A DNA stretch of 64,000 nt, taken from the NCBI RefSeq assembly GCF_006345805.1, contig NC_043005.1, positions 54,312,001 through 54,376,000 of the forward strand, read 5' to 3'. Every line of letters starts with the position of its first letter. Position 1 is the first letter of the stretch. Source of the stretch: Octopus sinensis (lineage: Eukaryota). Positions 39,964 through 52,097 of the stretch are shown here, in pieces. The translations under genes and the position numbers were made by a program. Below the pieces are notes generated by a model. The model had not been told where the DNA came from and made no database searches. It worked only from the letters and a program-made list of their open reading frames with translations.

Positions 39964-40182
39964 TTATATATATATTAACTTTCTTATTTAGCTTACTGTT
40001 CCATTAAGGTAAGATCAACAGAAAAAGTACTCCATCCATTGAGAGATAAATTCCATTTAATGTATACAGTATAAAAATGCAAGCTACTTATAGTTTCTAG
40101 CTGTGAAGACACGTATCTAAGCAGATTTTTACAACATGTTTTATGTCTCAAAGCAATGTACGGGCTCTGAGCACATGGTCTG

Positions 40183-40485
40183 TGTTGTGGTGAGAGTCAT
40201 GACACTCCCTGCGAGAATAAACGAGTCTGAATGACTATAAATAATAGAGAGACAGACAGAGTAGGCATTAATTGCAGGAAGTCGTAAGGTATCGTTTTGG
40301 TAGTTTGTTGGAATATCGTTTGTTGGTTCGTGTGAAGTTCGTGGAGAGTTTGTCGGATTGTTACATCGTTGTTATCCTGCGTCGTTATATATTTCATTGT
40401 TACTACACGGTTATAGAGTAAACAAGTATCGTCATAAATAGTGGTGATACTACAATTATTGGCAACGAGTAACTACATAACAACA
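40183..40485 (+). mobile_element. 5' LTR of a Gypsy element
   Basis: Termini tgttgt...acaaca (6-bp inverted, TG..CA), tataaa at ~40233, immediately followed by a PBS-like tggtaacgagg (40487-40497) and gag. Confidence 0.75.
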
Positions 40486-40549
40486 TTGGTAACGAGGGTT
40501 CGAAGCTCACACAGGTCAGTTAACAATTTTTTGTGATACAAAATTGTAA

Positions 40550-41860
40550 ATGCTGGAAGACCTATTAGCTTCTATAATACAGTTGCAAAAGCAATAACAA
40601 GAACAGCAACAGAAGTTGCAGAAACAACTACTTCAGCAACAAAGTTAATGTCTTAAGAAGTCCGGAAACACTATGAGTTCGTTTTCGCCAGGCGGCATAT
40701 CAAACTCTATAACAGAATTCAGTTTTGACCCAGAGGAGGGTATAACATTTGTAGCATACTTTAGACGAGATGAAGACATCTTCAAGGAATATTGCAAGTC
40801 GTGGATAGACAACAGAAAAGTAAGACTATTATTACATAAATTAGCGCTGAGCATGAAAAATACTGTAATTTCATACTATCCCAAAAAACTAGTAAAATTT
40901 GTTTCCAGGAAAAGGTCAAACTACTATCAAAACTATTCGGTGATAAGTAGACGAGGAATGTTCGAAGCTTCTAACAGTGAATAATCACAGGAGACTATAC
41001 AAATATAATAGATTGCCATTTGGTCAGAAGGTCGCACCTGCAATATTTCAACAGGTCATTGATGCGATTTTGGCAGACTGTCCATTTGCAATTCTGTACC
41101 TCGATGAAGTATTAATTAAAAGTGAATCTCGTGATCACCTTATCGAACATGTGAAATGTCTTTTTCAAAAAATAAGAGACTACGGTTTCACATTCAGTGA
41201 GGAGAAATGTGAATTCATTTTGCCTAAAATTAAATGCTTAGGATAAATTATAGATAAAAATGGAAGACGACCTGACCCGTCGAGGGCAGACGCAATTAAA
41301 AGTAGGTAGGTGCAGTCAACCTACCTCGAAGGCAACAATAAATTTCCTGCACAAACTTTTTACTTGATACGGTGTTCCAGACACCATAGTATTGAACAAT
41401 GGAGCAATGTAAAGATACGAGTTCAAGAAATTCTGCAAAATTAATGCAATTAAGCACGTATTTACCACACCCAACCACCTGAGGTCAAATGGGCAGGTAG
41501 AACGATTCTTAGATACCTTCAAGCGAGCACTAAGAAAAATCAAGGAACGAGCTAAGAAATGACGAAGCGCTAACTAAATTCTTAAGGGTGTACGGAATTA
41601 TGCTGAATCCGAATACCAGTTCAGACAAGTCGCCTGCAGAGCTAATGTTCGCTCGAAAGATTAAATCGATCTTCGACAAATTGTTGCCAAAGGAAAAGCA
41701 TATAGAGAAAATTTTAAAAATCCAACTAAACATTTTGAAATCGGAGACAAAGAACATTTCAAAGTATACAAGAACGGCAAAGAGAGTTGACAGAATGGTG
41801 TAGTGACTAAAAGAATTAGAAACATGATGTATTTAATAAAAGGCCAACGAATATACATGA
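40550..41860 (+). mobile_element. Gypsy internal region, multiply deleted: gag N-terminus, RT core piece, integrase piece
   Basis: gag: MLEDLL..Q-rich..ISNSITEFSFDPEEGITFVAYFRRDEDIF..KVRLLLHKL. RT: YKYNRLPFG.KVAPAIFQQ.ID..YLDE..KCEF. IN: GVPDTIV.NNG..EFKKFCK.N.IKHV.T.P.H.RSNGQVERF.DTFKRAL, KSPAELMF.RKI. No 3' LTR seen. Confidence 0.93.
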
Positions 41861-42366
41861 ATTACACATTTAAAATAAAGCATACCAAAAATCACCAATT
41901 TCTGCCACTTCATGTTTCCCTGGCTCATAATAGTCAAAGGAGCTGGATTCTATTAAGTTCAGTACAATTGGTGCAGTGTGTTTTCCTAAATACTGCTTTG
42001 AGACTCATAGCATACTAAGTTGGGTGCAGTTAATTGTATACACAACTGGAAAACTAATCTGTCTGTTCTTCGGAATGCATGTATGTATTTGTTCCTCTAA
42101 TTTCGTTGTATACACGATTTACATTTTATTTACCCGACCCAGTGCTTTACCATTTAAGTACCTGATTCACTTGAATCCTGAACTTATATGTGTGCGTGTG
42201 AGAGCAGCATACATATACATACATACATACATACATACATACATACATACATACATACACACACATCTATATACATATATGTATCCACATTCACACATAT
42301 ACATAAATATATGTACACATTCACACATGCGTGTGCCCGTGTGCACCTATGTATGTATATATAAAA

Positions 42367-42510
42367 CAGATAGATAGATCGATAGATAGATAGGTAGGTA
42401 GGTAGGTAGGTAGGTAGGTAGGTACAAAGGTAGGTACGTAGGTAAGTAGATACTCAGGTAGATAGATAGATAGATAGATAGACAAACAGATAGGTAGGTA
42501 GGTAGGTAGG

Positions 42511-42606
<96 letters not shown>

Positions 42607-42657
42607 CAAACAGATAGGTAGGTAGGTAGGTAGGTAGGTAGGTAGATTGATAGATAG
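42367..42657. repeat. Compound (TAGA)n/(TAGG)n tetranucleotide array
   Basis: Alternating tracts, with a repeated gacaaacagataggtagg junction at ~42481 and ~42605. Confidence 0.95.
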
Positions 42658-42721
42658 GAAAATAATAGCAACAACAAAAATAATGAGCATAAAAAACAAT
42701 AATAGTAATAAGCATTAATTA

Positions 42722-42985
42722 ATGAAGAGGGACCGAAATTATAAATCTGATGGGATAAAGTTACCAGAAGCTGATATCATTAGCTGTTTGAAACCAAATG
42801 AGAGATACAAGTACCAAGAAGCTGTGCAAGATGATCAGTTAATGGAAAAAAAAAAATGAAAGAAAAATTCCCCAAAGAGTACAGAAGAATGGCTATGTTA
42901 GGCTTGAAACAAAATTCAATGAATGTAAAGTCCTCAAGGCAATCAATCAATACATCAGCTGTGTCAGTATTGGGATACCCTGCTT
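42722..42985 (+). mobile_element. R4/Dong-like post-RT (thumb) fragment
   Basis: DGIKLPEADIISCL.PNERYKY...QDDQ..KKMKEK..KEYRR..L.TK.N..KV.KAIN, cf. R4-clade GI.LP...YKYLG..KEY.RR..KLN..AIN. Confidence 0.7.
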
Positions 42986-43109
42986 CTTTTCTAAAGTTTC
43001 CTAAGACATAGAAACTGGAAATGGATATTGGGTATATTGGGCTTTGTATATATGTATTTGTACCCCAGTGTCACTTTGATGACATGCACTACTCTCTCAC
43101 TCAATATTG

Positions 43110-43148
<39 letters not shown>

Positions 43149-43187
43149 TAATAATAATAATAATAATAATAATGATGATAATAATAA

Positions 43188-43686
43188 TCTTGGTATAAAA
43201 GATGGGCTAAGTCTTGGTATAAAAGATGGGCTACAACAAATATTCTGCTCAATACCACAGATTTGCTTGTCAGTTGTTTGACCTTAACCAGTTGAGCATG
43301 TCCCTTAGTGGCTGACGATATGTGCATCTCTGATCACGAGCAGAAGTAGTGGGGGGGCATCATAGCCATGTGTTGAGAGGGATTCTTTGGGGTTTGAATA
43401 ATTCACCTCTGGAAATATGGGCGGTTCTTTCAACATCCTTAAACAACCCTTATTCAGGGACCTTTTGAGCGGGATGGGCTGCTCAACCTGAAGAAAATTC
43501 TAACTGGGCCCCACCTGCAAGGTCATGTGCTGTTTATATTGATATGAGATCACCATGTCGCGCACATATGGTTGTGATGCATGTGCCTGGTGTACCCTTA
43601 TCAGATGGGTAGTCATGATGGGTATACTGGGCTTTGTATATTTTACCCCAGTGTCACTTTGATGGCATGAACTGCTCTCTCACTCA
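43188..43686. mobile_element. ~500-bp interspersed repeat embedded in (AAT)n; a second 75-bp copy of its right end lies at 43027-43102
   Basis: gggtatactgggctttgtata..taccccagtgtcactttgat(g/a)gcat..tctctcactcaata occurs at both 43027-43102 and ~43620-43690, each followed by (AAT)n. A 22-bp direct duplication marks the left end. Confidence 0.75.
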
Positions 43687-43820
43687 ATAATAATAATAAT
43701 AATAATATAATAATAATAATAATAATAATAAGGTTCTCTTATTATTTTACCGTCCCTAATCATAGTTCTTATGACCCCTATCAGCATGGTTGCTGTTATC
43801 ATTGTTGTTATTGTTATTAT

Positions 43821-44215
43821 CAAGGTGGCAAGCTAGCAGAATTGACAGCACACCAGGTAAAATCATCATCATCATCATCAATCATCGGTTAACGTCCGCT
43901 TTCCATGCTAGCATGGGTTGGACGATTTGACTGAGGACTGGCGAACCAGATGGCTGCACCAGGCTCCAAACTGATCTGGCAGAGTTTCTACTGCTGGAAG
44001 CCCTTCCTAACGCCAACCACTCCGAGCGTGTAGTGGGTGCTTTTACGTGCCACCTGCACAGGAGCCAGTCCAACGTCACTGGCAACGACTTCGCTCGAAT
44101 ACAAGTGGTATTTCGTCTGCCGCAGCGCTCTGAGTTTCAATTCCCCCAAGCTTAACTTTGCCTTTCATCCTTTCAGAGTTGATAAATTAAGTATCAATGA
44201 AACACTGGGGTTGAT
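43821..44215. mobile_element. Family B SINE (+) interrupted by an (ATG)n-tailed, RTE-tail-like SINE (-, 43862-44100)
   Basis: Head ggtggcaagctagcagaattgacagcacaccaggtaaaat stops at 43861 and resumes with gtggtatttcgtctgccgc at ~44105. The insert is (CAT)n-cggttaacgtccgctttccatgctagcatgggttggacg..cccttcctaacgccaacc. Confidence 0.85.
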
Positions 44216-44227
44216 GTTCCTCCTCCT

Positions 44228-46215
44228 CACATCATCATCATCGTTGTCATCATCATCGTCGTTGTCATCATAATCATTGTCATCATCATCATCATCATTA
44301 TCATCGTTGTTGTTATCGTCATTATCATCGTTGTCATCATCATCATTATCATCGTTGTCATCATCATCATTATCATCGTCGTTGTCATCATCATCATTAT
44401 CATCGTTGTTGTCATCATCATTATCATCGTTGTCGTCATCATCATTATCATCGTTGTCATCATCATCATATCATCGTTGTTGTCATCTTCATTATCATCG
44501 TTGTCATCATCATCATTATCATCGTTGTCATCATAATCATTATCATCGTTGTCGTCATCATTATCATCGTCATCACCATCATTATCATCGTTGTTGTCAT
44601 CATCATTATCATCGTTGTTGTCATCATCATTATCATCGTTGTCGTCATCATCGTTATCATCGTTGTCATCGTCATCATTATCATCGTTGTTGTCATCATC
44701 ATTATCATCGTTGTTGTCATCATCATTATTATCGTTGTCGTCATCATCATCATCGTTGTCATCATCATCATTATCATCGTTGTCATCATCATCATTATCA
44801 TCGTTGTTGTCATCATCATTATCATCGTTGTTGTCATCATCATTATTATCGTTGTCGTCATCAACATCATCGTTGTCATCATCATCATTATCATCGTTGT
44901 CATCATCATCATTATCATCGTTGTCGTCATCATTATCAACGTCATCACCATCATTATCATCGTTGTTGTCATCATCATTATCATCGTTGTTTTCATCATC
45001 ATTATCATCGTTGTCATCATCATCATATCATCGTTGTTGTCATCATTATCATCGTTGTTGTCATCATCATTATCATCGTTGTTGTCATCATCATTATCAT
45101 CGTTGTCGTCATCATCGTTATCATCGTTGTCATCATCATCATTATCATCGTCGTTGTTGTCATCATTATCATCGTTGTTGTCATCATCATTATTATCGTT
45201 GTCGTCATCATCATCATCGTTGTCATCATCATCATTATCATCGTTGTCATCATCATCATTATCATCGTTGTCGTCATCATTATCAACGTCATCACCATCA
45301 TTATCATCGTTGTTGTCATCATCATTATCATCGTTGTTGTCATCATCATTATCATCGTTGTCGTCATCATCGTTATCATCGTTGTCATCATCATCATTAT
45401 CATCGTTGTTGTCATCATCATTATCATCGTTGTTGTCATCATCATTATTATCGTTGTCGTCATCATCATCATCGTTGTCATCATCATCATTATCATCGTT
45501 GTCATCATCATCATTATCATCGTTGTTGTCATCATCATTATCATCGTTGTTGTCATCATCATTATTATCGTTGTCGTCATCATCCTCATCGTTGTCATCA
45601 TCATCATTATCATCGTTGTCATCATCATCATTATCATCGTTGTCGTCATCATTATCAACGTCATCACCATCATTATCATCGTTGTTGTCATCATCATTAT
45701 CATCGTTGTTTTCATCATCATTATCATCGTTGTCATCATCATCATATCATCGTTGTTGTCATCATTATCATCGTTGTTGTCATCATCATTATCATCGTTG
45801 TTGTCATCATCATTATCATCGTTGTCGTCATCATCGTTATCATCGTTGTCATCATCATCATTATCATCGTCGTTGTCATCATCATTATCATCGTTGTTGT
45901 CATCATCATTATTATCGTTGTCGTCATCATCATCATCGTTGTCATCATCATCATTATCATCGTTGTCATCATCATCATTATCATCGTTGTCGTCATCATT
46001 ATCAACGTCATCACCATCATTATCATCGTTGTTGTCATCATCATTATCATCGTTGTTTTCATCATCATTATCATCGTTGTCATCATCATCATATCATCGT
46101 TGTTGTCATCATTATCATCATTGTTGTCATCATCATTATCATCGTTGTCATCATCATCATTATCATCGTTGTCATCATCCTCATTATCATCGTTGTCATC
46201 ATCATCATCATCATC
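44228..46215. repeat. (ATC)-derived complex minisatellite with a 372/347-bp alternating, 719-bp higher-order repeat
   Basis: The marker (c)a(a/t)cgtcatcacc recurs at 44568, 44940, 45287, 45659 and 46006 (spacings 372, 347, 372, 347). gttttc recurs at 44990, 45709 and 46056. A 1-nt deletion (catatc) recurs at 44470, 45027, 45746 and 46093. Confidence 0.95.
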
Positions 46216-47074
46216 ACCAACACTACTGTCATCATCACTATCCCCTTCTTTGTTGTTGTCTTTAAGCCTCATCACCATCCGAAACCTCTACCAGCACAAC
46301 CACCACTGCAAACACCACGACCACCACCGCTGCTATCATTGTTGTCATTATTGTCATTGACATCATCTCAATTCCCATCACCACTATCCTCGTGCATGTT
46401 GGTGGCATTGTCATCATCATTCTCGTCATCGCCACCAACTACCATAAACACAATTACTACCACCACCACCACCACCACTACCACCACCATCGCAATCACC
46501 TTCACCATCCTCATCATCTTCGTCGTTGTCGTCACTGTAATAACCTCTCTTTGAAAGCAAAATAAATAAATAAATATATATATAAATAAATAGGCAGAGA
46601 AATAAAACCAAGTAAACAGAATGCTTTCATCACCACATGATATTTTGCAGAAAAAAGATTATATATTCGTAATGAAGATATATAACAGTTATCATGCTAA
46701 TAAATTCCACTCTACCTACACTTTCTGAAAACCATTGCTCATTCATACAATCGCACCATATTATCTGCAACTATATAATTTGATATGATTTCAGTGTTAT
46801 ATATATATATTACATGCACCAAAGTAAACTTTAGTGCATGTAATATATATGAACTCTTGTATTGTATAGGAAAATAATATGATGTCATAGGGAATCTGTT
46901 ATTGAAATAAATACTTTCAGTTGTTGTGCTACCATCTTTTGGCCGTAGAATACATAAGAATACATATGGTTTAAAACCGAAATAAATGGGAATCATTTGA
47001 ATGGCAATATATAAATACATATGCACACACACACATAAATATACATACACACATATATATATATATAAATATAC

Positions 47075-47109
<35 letters not shown>

Positions 47110-47211
47110 ATATATATATATATATAATACTCACATTTACAAATATATTCTTATATACAACTATATGTATAAATACAGTGAGTGTGTGTGTGTGCATATA
47201 TATATACACAC

Positions 47212-47244
<33 letters not shown>

Positions 47245-48275
47245 TATGTATATATGTATGTATGTATATTTACATACATATACATGCATATATTGCATGA
47301 CATACATACATATGTAGGCCTATACATACACACATCAATAATTTTACACTATATATATAATGTAATACACACTTTTGTCTTCCTACCTCTACTACCCCCA
47401 CCAATGCCAGATCACCACCTCCTCCTCTTCCTCCTCCTCCTCCTCCTCGTCATCATTCCCCCCTCTGCAAAAAAAAATGTCTTATTCTATACAATAATTG
47501 ACAATAATGCTGGTAACTCATTTCTGTAGATAGAAATTTCACGACGACGACGACAACAACGACGATACAGAAGAGAAAATTCCTCTATTGTGTCTAGAAT
47601 ATGGAACTAGACATTTATTTACTTATTTATCTGTTTATTTATTTAATTATATATTTACTTACTATTATTGTTGTTGTTGTTAGCGTTGTTATCATGATAT
47701 TTATGGTATACATATTTTTGAACTATTAATATGCTATATAACTGCATTGTACGCTGCACATTTGCAATTGTATTGGAAGAGTATAGAGACATAGGTTATA
47801 AAAGAGTGCTATATGAATATAATCGTGTGTAATACAGAAACATGCTGATAAAAGTAACCATCAATTACACAGATTCTGTCTTCTTTCTCTCTTTATCACT
47901 CCCTCTCTTTCTGTTACTCTCTTTTTAACTCTCATTCTTTTTCTCTTCTCTTCTCTTTCTACTCTGATATTTGGATTTATTCAGCTCTGCTCTGTTTTGA
48001 TATCAGTTTTATCATATTATACGTATTTTATGTTATGTTTTTATAGAGTTTATGATTAAATATTTATATATGTATGTCTGCTTATATATATAGAGACATA
48101 TGTATACACATACACACATATATATATACACACATAAACACACAGAACACACACACTCACACACACGTACATACATATCAAGGCATTTATATACATATGT
48201 ATACACATATGCATATATGTATGAATGTATACATGCATGAATTTATATTTACAAGATGTAAAACTATATACATGT

Positions 48276-48359
<84 letters not shown>

Positions 48360-48380
48360 TACATTGTGCATGTGTATGCA

Positions 48381-48417
<37 letters not shown>

Positions 48418-49235
48418 TCACTCATATACATAAATATATACATATACACATATATTTTTATATATGTATATATATGTATATGTACTTATATATATATAAA
48501 TACACATATATACATGGTCACATGAATATAATAAATGTCTTTGAATATGAGCTTTAGTTATTTACATGTGCCCTATTACAAATATACCATAACATAACTG
48601 CCAACTTATTCAGTTTTTTTTTCTCATATTACTCTGTAGGTGGAAAAATATGGATTTTGATGGCATATAGCTATACAAACATGCACGCACATGTACACAT
48701 GTATTGGGCATAAAAGCATACATATATAGATGTACGCATGCACATATATGGATGTGTGTGTGTGTGTATGTATGTATGTGGTGTATGTATACATGTATGT
48801 AGGTATGTATGTGTATGCTGCTCTACTGTCAAGCTAAATAAAATAGAAGAGAACATAAATAATTTTAAAGAGAGTCAATTGTGAATGAGGAACAGATGAA
48901 CTTGTGATAGCACAAAGAAGAAAATGAAGAAGATGAAGAAGCAGTACAAGAACAAGAAGAAGAACAACAACAACAATAGTTACTTTATTTGCCACAAGGG
49001 CAACTAATATCAGAATAATTGAAGGACAAATTACAGAAAAAGAAGTAAGTTAAATAGCATAATATTAGGACATTGCATTAGAACTGAGTATAAGAAAAGA
49101 GGCTCTAAAAATATAAAAGTATATAAGGATATGTAATGAAATGTCCCAATGTGGGATCGGCCACAGTTCTGGTGAAAATAATAATAGTAATAATAATAAT
49201 AATAATGATAATAATAATGATAATAATAATAATAA

Positions 49236-49612
49236 TCCTTTCTACAATAGGCACAAGGCCTGAAATTTGTGAGGAGGGGGTAAGTCGATCATATCAGTGC
49301 CAGTAGTTGCCTGGTACTTAATTTATCGATCCCCCAAAATGATGAAAGACAAAGTCGACCTTGGCAGCATTTGAACTTAGGACATAACGACAGGTGAAAT
49401 ACTGCTTAGCATTTCATCTGGTGTGCTAGCAATTCTACTAGCTCACTGCCTTGATAATGATGATGATGATGATGATGATGATAGTGATGATGATGATGAT
49501 GTTTTGCAAGGTGCTTGAAGCATGACCAGTAAACAAGTGTCATCTTAGTCTGCTGGCTATGGACAGCTGACATTTTCCATCATACCCAGCAAAATAAGCT
49601 GAGAGTTTTCAT

Positions 49613-49655
<43 letters not shown>

Positions 49656-50646
49656 CCCTTTCTACAATGGGAACAAGGCCTGAAATTTTGGGGAAGATGA
49701 CTTGTGAATAACATCGACCCCAGTACTCAACTGGTACTTATTTCATCATCTCTGAAAGAATGAAAGGCGAAGTTGATATTAGAGTTTGAATGATTACAAA
49801 ATCATGATTTCAATTCTTGGAATAAGGCCAGCAATTGTGGGGAAGAGGGTAAGTTGATTACATTGACCCCAGTGCTTGACTGGTAGTTATTTCATTCACC
49901 CCAAAAGGATGAAGGACAAAGACAGTGGTCTGCAGAATTTGAACTTTCTTGGAGGAGGGAATTTTCATTTATCAACCCAAGTACTCAAATCGGACTTATT
50001 TCATCAACTCTGAAGGAATGTAAGACAATGTTGACCTTCATAGAACTTAAACTAAGGGCAGACAAAATAATGGTTTCTAATTTTGGTGCAAGGTCAGCAA
50101 TTTTAGGAGAGGAGCAAGTAGATTACATCAACCCCAGTGTGTAACTGGCACTTATTTTATCAACCCGCAAAAATGTAAAAGGCAATGTTGACCTCAGCAG
50201 AATTTGAACTGAGAACTTAAAGAGCTGCAAGAATGCTACTAAGAATTTTACCTGACACAGTAGCAATTCTGTCAGGTCACTGCCTCAATGGTAATCCTTT
50301 CTACTAATGGCACAAAGCCTGGAATTTTTATGGGTAAGGGACTACTCAATCACATTAAACCCCAGTGTGCAGCTGGTACTTATTTTATCAACCCTTGAAG
50401 GATGAAAATCAATACTGACATCAGTGGAATTTGGATTCAGAACCTAAAGGCACAATTTAATCCTTTCTATAATAGGAACAAGGTTTGTAATTTGTGGGGT
50501 GGGACTAATCAATTACATTGACCCCAGCATTCAACCCTGAAATGATAAAAGGTAAAGTTGACCTTTGAACTCAGAACATAAAGTCAGAAGAATTGCTGCT
50601 TAGCAACCTGCCTGGCATGCTAATAATTATGCCAGCTCATTGCCTT
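49236..50646 (-). mobile_element. Stack of seven degraded family B SINE copies, all on the minus strand
   Basis: Repeated ..aaggcc..aattt..gaccccagt..ctggtacttatttt..ggatgaaa..gttgacc modules starting at ~49236, 49655, 49808, 49946, 50072, 50292 and 50458. Confidence 0.85.
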
Positions 50647-51184
50647 AGTAATAACAATGTAATAATGTTGATGACGACGACGATGACAACACTGTTGTCA
50701 TCAATGATGGTGATGATGATAATGATGATGATGACAAGCAAAGTAAAATTTTTATGTTGAAATTTAATTTATTATAACACCAAGAAAACTGAAGTAAGAT
50801 ACTGATCACATACACTTGACTCTCTAGTGCTCTTGCAAAGAAAGCGACATTATCATCTGCATACATAGTAGTAGTAGTTAGTAGTAGTAGTAGTAGTAGT
50901 GCCAAACTTAATACCATCGAAGTATGATGTATTTATTGACTAAGCTATTGTTATAGTGGTGTTTAGTAATTTTTAACTTTGGTACATCTCACATGATTCT
51001 GCATGGTTTGAACTCAAAGATTTAAGATAACGAACAGAATAGCATGAGGCAAGTCATTTCACCTAATGCTTCGCCAATTCCACCAATCCAGTCTTAGATG
51101 TGTTTGTGTGCATGTGCACGTGTGGCACATGTGTTCGTGTGTGTGTATGAGCATACACAAGTGAGTGTCTGTATACATCATATA

Positions 51185-51222
<38 letters not shown>

Positions 51223-51303
51223 TATATATATATAATATATATATATATACATACATACATACATATATACATATATACATATATACATACATACATACAT
51301 ACA

Positions 51304-51355
<52 letters not shown>

Positions 51356-51754
51356 ATATTGAATTCAGGTTCCTGCATCTACAGAGTACGTTGATCATTA
51401 TCGAGATGAGTGTGCTCAACATTTATCATAATGGAAATTGGAACATGCTTTTATAAAATAAATGTCATGTTCTGAGATTGCCTCTGGTTCCAACATATGA
51501 AATCTTCCATTCTAAACTGTACATATCTAAATTAAAACAATTTATCATAATTTTATGTAAGAACCATTTGTTAAACTGTGTACCAAACATTAACTTAATA
51601 ACGTCAGCTATTTTATTAGATTCCTTCAAATTCTTTATTATTTTAGAAAATTAATTGAGACATACCGATTGTATATTGCATTAGAGATATGGTCACAGAA
51701 ATGTTTAGAACTGGTAGCATACTTAAGATTTCCACTTTGTAAAGCACATGGTTT

Positions 51755-52088
51755 CTGGTTCAATCTTAGTGCTTAGTACTTTGGTAAAGTATCTCCTGTT
51801 ATTGTAGCTTCAGGCTGATCAATGACTTGAGAGTGAAAATGGTAGAGAGAAACTGTACAGGAACCAATCATGTGTATGTATGTTGTCTTCTGATTTTAAT
51901 AATTTAAATTCTTCCTCTGAGGAAGGAGGTGATGTCAAACAAAGCTACAAAGCTCCATCATTCCAATGTAGGTAGCAAAAACAATGTTACATTTTAAACT
52001 TGAGGTAAACTTTATAGGTGCAGGAGTGACTGTGTGGTAAGTAGCTTGCTTACTAATCACATGGCTCTGGGTTCAGTCCTGCTGCATG
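51755..52088 (+). mobile_element. Two family A SINE fragments (51755-51880 degraded; 52015-52088 head only)
   Basis: cacatggtttctggttcaatctt..; taggtgcaggagtgactgtgtggtaagtagcttgcttactaatcacatggctctgggttcagtcc. Confidence 0.75.
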
Positions 52089-52097
52089 TCTCTATTA

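Noticed and set aside
41860-42200. Expected 3' LTR of the Gypsy element
   Set aside because: No similarity to 40183-40485 and no polypurine tract seen; the element is 3'-truncated.
44277-46554. 662-, 603- and 506-aa Ser/His/Ile-rich ORFs on + and Met/Thr-rich ORFs on -
   Set aside because: (ATC)-type repeats have no stop in any plus frame, and all three frames are equally open. Each ORF cycles through S-, H- and I-rich phases at the propagated 1-nt deletion, which is not expected of a selected protein.
46230-46611. Acidic/Gly-rich minus-strand peptide (DDEDGEGDCDGGGSGGG)
   Set aside because: Degenerate GAT/GGT triplet sequence with in-frame stops and no splice signals; typical microsatellite decay.
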